From Macrostomum hystrix (taxonomy: Eukaryota > Animalia > Platyhelminthes), in contig CATNEN010000039.1 in assembly GCA_950097015.1 (NCBI GenBank), positions 9,424,001-9,488,000 on the forward strand: a stretch of DNA of 64,000 bases, written 5' to 3'. Every line of letters starts with the position of its first letter. The first letter of the stretch is position 1. The notes beneath the pieces were generated by a model. That model was not told where the DNA came from. It saw only the letters and a program-made list of their open reading frames with translations, and searched no databases. Of this stretch, positions 11,901-24,557 are shown piece after piece. Both the position numbers and the translations under genes were made by a program.

Positions 11901-14900
11901 CATCCAAGCCATCAGTGTTAGTGTTGTTTAAATATGTGGCAGACTTGACTTAGTGGCATTAGTGGCAGACAAAGCCTGATCCTGGTAAATTTCCTACAAG
12001 TGCTTTACCAACCCCAGGACTATTTTTCAGCTTTAAAGAAGTCAACAAAAACTTCTTTCTGGTTCACAACTTCTTAAGACTCATATCATAGAGGAGTTTC
12101 AGGGTATAAAAGTTAAAGTGAGCTGCATTTGCTCAAAACCAAGATTGCCAAAAACCATAGACTGTTAAATAGATAAGTTGCTTTTGTAGTCTAAGGTTGC
12201 ATTTGGGCTTGATACATGAACTGCTTCTCAAAAAAGCATCCATCCTTTTTAGACCAGACAGACCATGTATGCTGGCCTGTATTTTCCTTGTACCTTAACT
12301 TTATAAATAGCTCAATATTATTAGAATCAAATTTTACAATAGAATTAAGAGATATAAAAAAATACTTTATAAATATAAATATAAATAAATAAATATAAAT
12401 AAGATATAAGATATATATAAGATATAAATAAACCTCCAGAAACACCCAAACAAAAAATGGCGCAACAATGTAAATAAGCTATGGACATTAAAATATACTG
12501 CCTAAGCTGCATTTTGACAAACTTTCTGTTTAGATTTGCAATGAATTCTTGCTGGGTACCTAGAAAAGCAGTAATAGCAAAAATACAAAACAAAACATTT
12601 TCTGTGTCTATAGGTGATTCACTTTTTTTTGTAACAAGACAATGTGCCAGTGTGGCTAGAAGCAAATAAAGTTACAGTTGAGCAATAAGTTTTGAAATAT
12701 GTTTTTTGTTGAGTTGGTTATTTGAGCCTGTGACCTTCCAATCCAAGGAAATGCTCAGTTAAGACTAGTTCCAATAGAAGGGCTTGAGAGAGGCTTCTTT
12801 CATTTCATCAAGTAATATGCTACTGCAGAGAGAGAGAAAATTTGATATTTTAATGTCACAATATCAAAAGATTCACAATTATTTTTAAAAAAGCATACTC
12901 GTCTTGTACAAGCCTTTTTATAATTAAAAAACTTTTTTCATTAAAGAAACCCCTTAAAAATCAACAAAACATATAACAAAAAATTTCAATTAATTTTTAG
13001 GTTACTATCAAGCTAAAGACTTACCAAAAACTTTTTTGCAGCATCAGTGGAATAATTTTTAAGCAAAACTTTAGAACAATTTAAAAAAGATACTTGAGGC
13101 AAAAAACTAATTATTATTATACTAAATAATTCTAAATATTATCTATAATATTATAAATACACTATGCCAACACAACAGTAAAGCAAAAATTTCGCATTAC
13201 ACACATCTTTGAGCATGCACTCTGTGCCTTTTTTTAAAAACTCCACAAATCAGCACCCTTGCTAAGTTGCCTTGGATGCCTTCAGCTACTTTCAACTTTC
13301 CTAGAATATGTTCTAGGGCTTAGTTCAATTGTGGATTTATTGTTTGGATTTGCATCAACCAATGTATGGGCATTAAAAATTGAATCACTTATTTACAAGG
13401 CATTAAAGATTTAAGAAGCATATAAGCTATAGTCCAAGTAAATTGCTGATTTGATCTTTTGATGATGTTAAGTAAGACTTCAGCTAGCTAGAACTATTTA
13501 GCTTTCTGACTTGAGCGAAAATGTCTAGAAAACCCCAAGACCAACAAATTTAGTACTACATCCCAATTTAAAAAAAAACATCGAAGTGAAGTAAGGATGT
13601 TTCGAAGTGAAAAGAGATTAATTTTCTTTTTTACAACTTCTAATTTAAATTTTGCAATGGATTTCTCTGAAACTTTTTGATTACAAATTAAAATAATATA
13701 ACAAAGCATGATTAGGAAAGAAAATATCTCGTTTAGTTATGCAAAAAAAACGAAAAAAACTTATGATTATAAATCTGAAAGAGCCTAAAAAACAATCAAT
13801 CATTATTTTGTTTCATTCAAAGCCACTCGAAAATTTTAATTATCGTGGCGGCGGTTGCTGTAGCTTGGGCTTGATGTTCGAGTCGGGTCGAGACGAATAT
13901 ACTGAACATCTCTATTAGTTGTTGAATGGGCTGATATGGTGGAAGTAGACCTAGATTATTCCTATAGATATGGTAACTGACCATAGATGCAGACGTATGG
14001 GTCGTATCTAGAATTCATAACGCTATCAGTTTATAAATAATTTTGTGTTTGTATTATAGTCTATCTATTCTCTTGTCTTGCCCTGTGTTCTTATTGGGTT
14101 AGGCCTATTAAAGATTGCCCATTGCTGCCACTGTAGCTACATGTACAGTGCATAAAAAATTGTCTACTAGGCATAGGCCCTAATGAATACTTTTAATATT
14201 TGTCGACTAGTCATTGTATTTTTTGGTACCTCACTTCTGTGAAGATAGTAGGCCTAAAGAGCACAAATTTGAAAAAGTTAAATAACATACATTTGTTTTA
14301 TGTATTTTGGCCTATCTTATGTCATAGTATATCATCACATATATTATACATAGTCTCTTAAGGAGAGAATCTGAATAAGACCTAGCTATCTCAAAGTCTC
14401 AGATAGTAATCTTAGACAGTCCACTTTGGTACTAACAGCCACTTTAGTAGGCCTAACAACCATTTAGCAATGATCTGATCTGATCTGATCTAGTGATCTA
14501 GTATTTAATTAATTTATTTATTAATTAGTATTTAATTAAATTTCAAAAAGTTACATTTTGAAGTATTTTTAAATGCTTTCATTAAAAAATCTAGCTCTTG
14601 ACACATATTCACTTTTTTAGTATTGTATAATTGATTTGAGAGTAATAAGTTTGTGTACTGTTTATACAGATGTGTGCATAAAATTAAGTTTAAACAGTGA
14701 AAGACAAACGAAAACAAAATGCACAGAGTTATCCGTATATATTGTGTATGAAATATTACTTGATAGTTTTTAACTTGGATAGTATTCATTACTATAAGGG
14801 CCTAAAGTTATTACATTGTAACAATGAGTCATGATTATTATGACCAAAGCAGTTGTTACTGAAGTGGATTGTATTCTATTAGACATGTGCCTAGTAATGG

Positions 14901-15504
14901 TCTATGCTTTTTATTTAGATAAGCATGACTGGACAGTTTCTATTGTAGTATTGTGTTTTGTAGGTTGAAGGCTCATAGTGCAAATTTGTAGAGAGCTATC
15001 ATGGTATAGTATTGAAACTTATATTTATTTTTTAATTGTGTTTTCTACCTTTATACAATAATTATGGTACCATACCATGCCAAAATAGCTGATACAGAAT
15101 TCATATTGAAATATATTTTGTTAAGGCCCCTAAACTAATAATTATTAGCTGGCTTTTTTAGTTTATTAGCTATAGCCTATAGATCATAGTATGACTATTT
15201 CTAGTCCTACTAGTCTCTGCTAGTAGTCATTAGTCAGTCACAGATTTGTTAAGTATGCCAAGGCAATAATTCACTAATAATTTTAATTGCCACAGGCTCA
15301 GATAGTATGAAAGGTCAAAATTATATTTGTATTTAACTAAGTTAGCTATACTATATACTTTATACAGCATACAAGTTATTCAATACTTTTTTAGTTTTTA
15401 TTATCCCACAATGTCAGAAAAAACTGAAAAACTTTACTATAGCTCAACATTTTGATATAAAAGATTATTTATCCCACTGCAGCTATTTCTCCAGGACCAA
15501 TAGC

Positions 15505-18182
15505 ATGTCAGCTACTTGGGAACTGAATGGATTTCATCTAAGCCTCAAAGCTGAGTCAGATAAAGAGCCAATAACTGTGGAGTCTGAGCATGACCACTGG
15601 CTGGACACCCTTGCCAGCCTTGGCCTTCTGTGCGACCAGCCAGATCTGGCTGATCCCATCGGCTGCCCAAGGCCACAGCCAGACGATGGCAAGCTTTATC
15701 TCTCTCTGTCCAAATCTATTCGACTGCGTCGAGCCGTCGATTGTCTTGCTGAGCAGGTGTTTATGACTATTTTACTTTATGACATCGTGTTTACTTTTAC
15801 AGCTTGCGTAGCTTCTTGCCTAATCTATAAATTGGGTGGTCGGGAGTTTAGTTGCAGAGCAGTAGTGTGTCTGAGTCTGACAGCAAAGTCACTGAGCTCG
15901 AATTAATTGTGAGGTCACTTAATAGTAATAATAACTGCAGGGGGGCTGCGTGCAATGGTACATCATGTGTTGACACTAGACCCGCAGCCAGCGAGGAAGC
16001 AATGCGGCCCATTTCGCTGACTCCTGAGCACACATGCACACAGATACTGTACGCAGGCACACGCTGAAGCAGGTGTACTTTCACATCGCCAGGCAGTGTC
16101 CACTCTTACTGTGCATGACAAGCCCCCTAAGCCTTCTCCCTGTGGCTGCGCCCCAAATGAATATGGCCTCGCCGCGGAATCGAGCTCAGGGACCTTGGTG
16201 CGAGAGGGTAAATGCGTTAGACCGCTCTGCCGCACAGCTATAACCACACACCACACAACATAACTAATTGTCTGTGGCCTCGGTTGCTGAAAGCTCACGG
16301 AACAGCCTGTGTCTGTTGTCCAGTTAGATAAAACTGTCGATGTTGAAATTCGGTCTACAGGAATTCTCAATCTTTAAACTGACCGCTTAGGCCACCGAGC
16401 GCTGCCGTCAACTCGCGCGCCTTCTCGCTGATTTGGAGGCGCAGCGGGCGCGTACCGCGGCTCTGGACCGCGCCTTGCGCAGCCTCGGGCTCCGCCAGCC
16501 AGCTGAGCTGGACGGCGCCCTGGCCGACCTGCTGGCCATCTCCGACGCCTACGCCGCTGCTGTGCCAGTTTTGGACGCTGCTAAAGCGGCTGTCTTCGAC
16601 GACGAGGCCGACGTTGTGCAGGCTAATAATTTCAATGGCGCCATTAAGAACGGGCGAGTAGCGCCCCAGCAACAGCATAGCAACGCGGCACTGTTGGCCG
16701 AACTAGAACGCAGGCGCCGGCAGCGACGGAGGCAGCGACAGCGGCAGCAGCAGCAGCGAAGAAAGCGATCGGGCAGCGTTGGAGACAGCGTCGATGGCGC
16801 CCGCCGATGGCACGGCAGCTGCGAGTCTGCTTTGAGTGAGTTTTTTAAGTCCACTCAAGACTTTTTTAAGAGGTTGTAGCCTAGTGGTTAGGGCTTCGGA
16901 CTCATGACTTGAAGGTCGGGGGTTCGATTCCCGACTCTCATTGCTTCAGTTCACCCAGCTGTTAAATGGGTACCAGCATTAGCTGGGATAATTGAAGGTG
17001 GGTGTGGCGTCCCCCCAGTCCATGGACTGAAAAGCTGTACGCAGTCTTCAAATGCGCCGCGCAATAGCTGCGGCTGTGCTTTCGGCTGCACACCTGGCCC
17101 GATTGGGACAGGTGTAATCAATTATTATTATTATCATTATTTTTATTATTATTTATTATTATTTAGGTCCAAAATCCATTACATTAGTTTTTTCTATTTA
17201 ATTGTGTACTTTTTCAATACGAAAATTCATTCAAAGACGTCGCCTTAGCTCCACCCTGGGAGTCGACGATGTCGCCGGCTGAGGCTGGCGAATTCGCACG
17301 TCATTTCGCGCGCCTGTTCGTCGTGCCAACAGCGCTGCCAGCTTGCCACGCCCGGCTGAGCCTCCTGCACAGGCGGATCAGCGAATGTGACTCGCTCATG
17401 GGTGAGAATAGGGTCTAGCTCTGTGGTTACAAGGGTTCGAATCTCTGACCAATTGACTCGCTCATGGGTGAGAATAGGGTCTGGCTCTGTGGTTACACGG
17501 GTTCGAATCTCTGACCAATTGACTCGCCCATGGGTGAGAATATGGTCTAGCTGTCTCATCCTTTATCCCTCTCTGTTTATCCTATCCTTTCTCTTAATGT
17601 GTATCAATATTTTATCTCACTGCCTGTCTCTGTCACCTGCCATCCTCATTCATAAACACTGTTTAGGCTACCCTGAACAGGCACCTTTATTGCTAGGAAT
17701 ATATTCATAACGGTACCAGCCGATAGACTAGCCAAATAGGCCCATTTGCGTTAGAAGAATGGTTGCCTCGTTTGATAAATATTCAAACGCCTACATTAAA
17801 ATGCGTGTTCTGTGTGAAAATGTGTTATTCAGCTAATCTACGAGACATTCTGCGCCTACCTGGCGCTGCTTCGTCTCGCGCAGTCGTCGCCGCTGTCGAG
17901 CGCCTGGCGTCGGCGCGTCAAGCCGAAGCGCGCGACTGCCTAGCGGAGCTGCTCGGTCCAGACGAGGCGTCCGGCCTGGCCCGTCGGCTGGCCGAGTACG
18001 ACCGCTTCTTCGGCCAGTTCAACGGCCTGGTTGGCGACCTGCGAGCCGAGCTTGGCGTTGCCAGAATGTCGCACATTCTGCCCGCCGTCCGGGCCTGCGT
18101 CCAAGCTGCCCGCGCCAACGGCTGGGACGGAGGCAGTGACGACGGCGCCAGTGCTAAACGGGAAGTTTTAAATGCGAACTGA
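15505..18182 (+). CDS. CEP70: CEP70-like centrosomal coiled-coil protein (~348 aa, 3 exons)
   Basis: Exons 15505-15756, 16391-16835, 17833-18182 are phase-consistent. The C-terminus RLAEYDRFFGQFNGLVGDLRAELGVARMSHILPAVR resembles the CEP70 C-terminal motif (HEEFFPAF...DLLEILEIDDLDAIVPAVK, recalled from memory). The N-terminus is also reminiscent of CEP70. Confidence 0.6.
15933..16235 (-). mobile_element. SINE family A, near full length, in CEP70-like intron 1
   Basis: Reverse-complement match to 30249-30560 and 44073-44385. Confidence 0.85.
16872..17165 (+). mobile_element. SINE family B (CORE-like) with an internal deletion and (TTA)n tail
   Basis: tRNA head gtagcctagtggttagg...ggttcgattccc; body nearly identical to 30562-30858. 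Confidence 0.88.
17388..17552 (+). repeat. 66-bp tRNA-like tandem repeat x2.5
   Basis: tgactcgctcatgggtgagaatagggtct...gggttcgaatctctgaccaat repeated; contains B-box GGTTCGAATC. Confidence 0.8.
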
Positions 18183-18318
18183 AGGTGGATGGAGACGGGC
18201 TATTATTGGAGAGCAGCTAGTGCAGTGTGAATGCGTTCACCAAGTTGCACCGACATCAAAGGCTTAATGGATGATTCAACTCGACCAGATGATTCCCTTG
18301 GCCATTACTGTAAATGAA

Positions 18319-18790
18319 TTTTATCCCCTTATCCCATCCACTATCTATGTGATGTTATCCCCTTATCCCATACACTATCTATGTGATGTTATCCCCTTAT
18401 CCCATACACTATCCATGGGATATTATCCCCTTATCCCATCCACTATCCATGTAATGTTATCCCCTTATCCCATCCACTATCCATGGGCTGTTATCCCCTT
18501 ATCCCATACACTATCCATGGGCTGTTATCCCCTTATCCCATACACTATCTATGTGATGTTATCCCCTTATCCCATACACTAACCATGGGCTGTTATCCCC
18601 TTATCCCATACACTAACCATGGGCTGTTATCCCCTTATCCCATACACTAACCATGGGCTATTGTCCCCTTATCCCATACACTATCCATGGGCTGTTATCC
18701 CCTTATCCCATACACTATTTATATGATGTTATCCCCTTAATTATCCCATCCACTATCCATCGGCTGTAATCCCCTTATCCTTTACACTTC
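18319..18790. repeat. 34-bp minisatellite just 3' of the CEP70-like stop
   Basis: ttatccccttatcccatacactatccatgggctg units. Confidence 0.93.
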
Positions 18791-21264
18791 TGTTGATTTT
18801 CCCATTTTTAGTTGTTGTTTTTTTCAAGCTGTTTTTTAATCGTAAAAACTTGTTTGCCTCAATTGCAATTCTTTTGTTGTTTGTTTTTTGTTTTCTTGTT
18901 TTTCTTTAAAGTGCAATCAGTGATTACAGCAACTTCTTTAGGAGTTGCTCTTAACACAGAAACACATCAACACAAAATATAAATTTAATCGTTTCATAAC
19001 TTTATGAATTATGTGTGCCGGCTGGATCCATTGATAATAATGCGTTGCTGTTCTCTGCCTAGTTAGTGCATTTGCTTAGAGCCTAATTTGGCCACAATTG
19101 CCTCGATCCCTCTGATTAGATCTGTGAAAGCAATCGCCATTCTAACTGTAAGTATTCTCGTGTTCTTCTTTCATTTTTTAGTCTAGAGCTTCTTATTTTC
19201 GTGCTGTAGATTTTTGTGCAGTTAGTTTTCGAGTTGATGTTGTGGAACCTAGGGATGTTTAATTAAATATATCCGTGACAGTTTGCCAGTCAGTTTACAT
19301 GGCAAATCACAGTAATAATGTTTACCAATTTAACTAATTACGACTATAACGACATGGCAGACTTGTACATGTATGAGTTCGTTATTTTCATAAAAGTGAC
19401 TGTGCTTTGTTGCTTCAAAGTTTTACCTTGTAGTTTTGTCGTACATTCAAGGCCCGTTTTGCACCACATTGTATAATTGAATACGATACAGCTAGAACGG
19501 GATCAAGGAGCCTGGATGGGTTCATAAGCGAAATATGTATTAAGCCTCTGAAAATTTAATTAGTTAAGGTATATAAACTAGCTTATTTTACTTGTTCTAA
19601 AGCTTGACGACATGAGATTATGCTTATTGTACAATAAGAATCGTGTTAGGTAATGAAGTACTTTTAGCGAAAATGTAGGCACTAGCATAAAAGCATCATC
19701 ACGTTTCAAAAAGATTTGCGGTAAAACGCTAGATTGTGGGTGTCTTTCAGAGTTTCAGGATATAGTTCCGGTATGAGCTAATCATTCCAATTATGTGTAC
19801 ATGCCTATACTCAAGGTTTCCTCTCCGAGCGAGGCTTAAGAGAAAAATTCGAGCCTGCAAAAGGAGGGATAAAGAAAGAAATTACGTCGCTCGCTTATAT
19901 AGCTCAATCATAATATAGCTCGCTCGAGCTTTTAGCACACAACACTAAGTTTGTGTGGAATTGTCATTAAGTATGATGACAAGTATATTACTAAATTGCC
20001 ATAGCACCAACGACTGCTAGACTACAGGTTGTAAGGAAGGTTTCCTTGTGATCCTTGCATTGTGGACAGCAATGCACAATTAACGCGCCTGTTGAGAGAA
20101 CTAATAAGCCGTTTTTTTCTTTTATTTTCATTTAGCCTCTTAGCTTAAAGGGTCTGAAGACATACCATGGAGGCGACTATTGCCCATATCACCAATTTAG
20201 CAATAAAACACTCTTGAGTCTCGAGATCTTGATCTAGTCTCTATATCCACTCAAACGAATTCGTTTCACATTCCGAAATTTAATTTATTTTTTTGTTCTA
20301 AAAAAGTAAAAAACCTGAGCTAGTAAACGATGGAAGTTCTGGTTACTATATATATGTGTACTTGTATGGATAAGAAGGTGCAAAGATTATAAAATAAATA
20401 AAACTTTTGTTTAAGTAGCTTTTCTTGTAAACCGTAAATCACGTTTTTTATTTTACATTCGTATGAGTAAACGATGTTCACAAATGCTTTCTTTTTCGTA
20501 CGACAACCACAAACCCCAGCTTTTGATCGGTGTACGTTTCTAACAACTGTGTGTGTGAATAAATGAAAACCATTATTTTTAATGATAGCCAGAAAACGAT
20601 GTCTTAAATAGTGATAGTATAAAATCGACAAATCTACAGGGCACTAACTAAGGCACTTACAGTACACTGTACACAGTCTCCTTTCTCCGCACTTCGTAGT
20701 CAGAGCTAGCTAGGAACACAGAGCTTTCTTGGAATCAAATATATCCCAAGTTTAAAAAGCAAAGTGACATTAGCTTTAAAAATATTTTTTAATATCCTTT
20801 TTTATATTAAGTTAAGCCTAGGCCTATTGGCAATTGCTTCTATATAGGCCTAGCCATAGGATCGGGCCTAGCCTAGGCTAGGCTAGACCTTAGCTTGTTA
20901 TTTTAGTTCTTAGGCCCTAATTTTAAGGCTAAGGGAAGGCCCATCGTTATTTTGATTCTGGCATAGGCCTATTTAAACTAATTACAGCCATACAGGTTCA
21001 GGCCAGGTATGCCTACAGATTCACAGATAAAGAGCATTGTGACTAGGCCCTATATATATATATGCATAGGACCCAGGCATAGGCCTATTGCTAATGTGGA
21101 TTTAGTTGGGTTAGTTACTAGTTAGCCCTCTATATATAGGCCTTCTATATTAGTTTTTTTAAGTTTTGATCATTTGCAGTTTGTTATGGTAGTGGTGTTT
21201 TTTGTTTACTCAGACCCTTGATAAGCTTTATGATTTTAGTTATGCCCAAACTATATGAACAAAT

Positions 21265-21958
21265 GGCAGAGCTTATTCCCACAGTCACAGTCCTGTGCCG
21301 ATAATTTCAATGTTATCCACATGGATCTGTGTCGATAATTTTCTGCTCATCCACATGGCAGCTTGTATGAATAGGTCTAAAACTCTTTATATAAATATGC
21401 CAGGCTGTTAATTTCAATTTTATCCACACAGTTCTGTTCTTTGAAATGAGGCCCTTTTGGGTTTGAATGTTTTGTTGAACCCTCAAGCCAATAGATCAAC
21501 AAAGTTGACAGTGCATTACGACAGTGTTCTACATTTCAACCTACACATTCATTAACCGACATTAATGTCATCCTTTTTAATTATTGTAATAACAACTTAC
21601 TAAATCTTTTGTCATCGTTACATATTTTCATTCTAAATTGTATTGACTTAAAAAGTAAGAAGTCCATCAAAGAAAATCATGAGTCAACCAGCAGAATTCT
21701 AGTCAGCACCAAACTCGTCACACATATTATACATCATTAACTATTATTTTACACTATGCATTGATAGTGTACACTATACACTAGGCCTATACTCTGAAGC
21801 AAAAGCCTTATGCTCAGAGAAGAATAGGTAGGGACTTGAAAGTAGACCTATTCATACAAGCTGCTGTGTGGAATGTGGATAAGCAGAATATTATCAGCAT
21901 GGATCCGTGTGGATAAAATTGAAATTATTGGCACTGGACCGTGGGAATAAGCACTTCC
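21265..21958. mobile_element. Non-autonomous Mutator-like MITE with ~110-bp TIRs and a 9-bp TSD
   Basis: 21265-21380 (gg..gcttattcccac...gcagcttgtatgaataggtcta) is the reverse complement of 21842-21958. Flanked by tgaacaaat (21256-64) and ttaacaaat (21959-67). Confidence 0.75.
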
Positions 21959-22149
21959 TTAACAAATAGTTAGTAGTAGTAGCCAATGAGCTGCTTGCAG
22001 TTGCCTAGCCTAGGCCTAGTCTTGTTCTTGTATAATTTCTTTTAATCCTAAATTGGGTTGGTGCTAGTGGCAAAACAGTTAACACATTTGCCTCTTGTAC
22101 TAATGACAATGTCTCTAGGCTTGATTCTATAGCAAAGCCATATTTATTC

Positions 22150-22385
22150 AGGGTGTAGCTGTGGAAAGGCTTGGGGACTTGTTGTACAATTAAGGCCTTT
22201 GATGACTAGTGCCTAATTCACATTAGAATGTTCACTTCCTGACAATGAGAAAGTCTGGGCAGATGTACATAGGCCTACCTATGTTAGCATAATGCTATGT
22301 ACAGTATATGTATGTGTGTATAGGAGCCTTGCTGATGTGGGTCTAGTGTCACCAAATGATGTGGTATTTCTCACTGCCCATGCAA
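22150..22385 (+). mobile_element. SINE family A copy, heavily CpG-decayed
   Basis: gggtgtagctgtggaaaggcttgggg...cctgacaatgagaaagtctgggcagatgtac...ggtctagtgtcaccaaatgatgtg. Confidence 0.75.
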
Positions 22386-23148
22386 TTAGGCCTATTATTA
22401 TGAAATTAATATTATTAGTCCTCTTTCTTTATACTTTCTTTTTTCATATTTAAAGACAACTTTGTAGTTTACTTTAATAAAGTATAGCTTTTTATACAGC
22501 ATTAAAAATGGCATTGTCTATACTTATTGTTTATAAATAGTATGCTTGTGATGGTAAGATTATTAGTCAACATAGCTAGCTATAGCCTATAACCTTTAAA
22601 TCTTTGGCATATTTAGACTTTTGTTAGAAAACTATTAATAGCAATTAGCAATTGTCTCTTAACATTGATTATCAAAGTTAAATAGAAAATCTTAAAAAGG
22701 TAATATATATGTCCTAATCTATATGCAAAATTTAAACAAACATATAATCAGTGGCTAGGATTATAGGTATTATACTTAAGAATTTGGGTTTTTATTAGAA
22801 AAAACTAAATTAAACTTTAGCATTATGTAGAAATTTTATATGGAAGGAAGCACGTTTTCATGATTGACTATTTTTGTCTGGTATTTTTTATAATAAGTTC
22901 TATAGAATCCTAGTATCCTAATCTAAATATATTCGGAAGCCAACACTTGTATTTTTTTTAATATGTTAAGCTTGTCATTGTTGGAATTCAGATTGTAAAA
23001 CTTTAGCTGGGCTAATTATATTGCACCCTACTGGACCTGGTTAACTTAATGTTATTATCTAAATTTGGTCTTCTTTTTGTTCACAGTGCTTTTGGCTGCT
23101 ACTAAATTTATATCAGAAACAATTTCTATTGATTTCAGTGGCGTCACA

Positions 23149-24461
23149 ATGAGGCAAACTGTATTGAGTGTTCTGCTTGTCTTGCAATTCGTTTTATTGC
23201 TGCAAATCGCAGCAGAAGTTAACCAAGCTAATCTTGCAGGCTTGGATGACAATCTTGATAATAAAATGGATCTAATTAGCAGGCAATCAGAGTTAACTGA
23301 GGGTGCATCAACAGAAACTAGCCAATCAGTGCCAAGTAGCAGCGAGACTTTCATTGTTACTAGCGAATCAGCTAGCGTGACCGATAATTCTGTATTAGAT
23401 AAACCATCGTTAGATTCTAGCCAATCAGATTCAATTGATGATAATAAATTAAACACCAGCCAATCAGTAAACAGCAGTCAGCCACAGTCGGCCATGGCAT
23501 TGTCGGCAAGATCAAAGCGCCGTTTTAATTGTTCGCATCGGTCAGTTGCCGCCAATCAGTCGGAGGCGTCGATGGCGACTGTGACGCTGATTAGCACATC
23601 GGATTTTGCTGAACTGCGCGAGGCCTTAATGCCACCGTCTGCGGCACTTGTAGACAGCAACAGCAGCAGCAGCAGCAATGCGACTGGCGCGGCTTCTAAC
23701 CAATCGCAATGCGTTGTGCTTCTATACTACCTTACCTATTGTCCATACTCTATGGCTTTGGCACCGCATTTCAATGCCCTGTCAAGGTGAGGGACATTGT
23801 GGAGGTGCTATCAGTTTCTCCTGAACCTATTGTTAAGCCACTGCCTTCATATCAGAACGTTAAGTGTGATTAATCACTTTTAATTCTCAAATCCTGTAGT
23901 TTGGCCGCTTCCAATCCCTCAGGTCCTGAAGCTTGTCCGCTTCCAATCCCTCAGGTTCCTCAGATTCATATCCTTGCCAATCAATTATTTAAGCAGGCAT
24001 GAACATTGTGACCCAACCCTTTCGCCACCAACTCCAGAGCATTTCCTGGCTTGCAATTCTTCGCAGCCGAGGCTGATAAAGTTAGCCCATTCTACGCCAA
24101 CTATACAACTAGCTTGGCACCGCACATTCGCATCTATCGCGATCGAGACTTCATTGGAGTCAATATCAGTGTGCGTTCACTGGACTCGCTACTAGCAGAA
24201 CTGGCTAACATCACCGGACATCGCCCATTGCCTAACGTCACCGTCACCGATGCGGATTTTCAGGGGCCCGTGCCAACCGTTCTAACGCAGCCGTTCGACT
24301 ATTGGCTGCTATTGTCCTTTCTTTATTTAGTATTTTTCCTGGTGCCCTGGCTAGCGACAAAATCGCCACGTTTGCGCATCGTTTTGACTCAATTTGGCGC
24401 CAATATGGCGCGTCTTTTTTCCACTGGCGGCGGCGGCGCCGCGCATCCTCACGCTGACTAA
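23149..24461 (+). CDS. TXNDC15: Thioredoxin domain-containing protein 15 (~353 aa, 2 exons)
   Basis: Exons 23149-23786 and 24038-24461 (phase 2). Signal peptide, then CVVLLYYLTYCPYSMALAPHFNALSRAFPGLQF...VTDADFQGPVP...DYWLLLSFLYLVFF, matching the TXNDC15 CxxS thioredoxin domain plus C-terminal TM. Confidence 0.92.
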
Positions 24462-24557
24462 GAATTGGAATCGGATGCCCCTATTTCGGAGATCTCCGAA
24501 ATCGATTTCCTTGTGTATTACAAGTTTTATTTTATAGTGCAATACTTACATGCCCCT

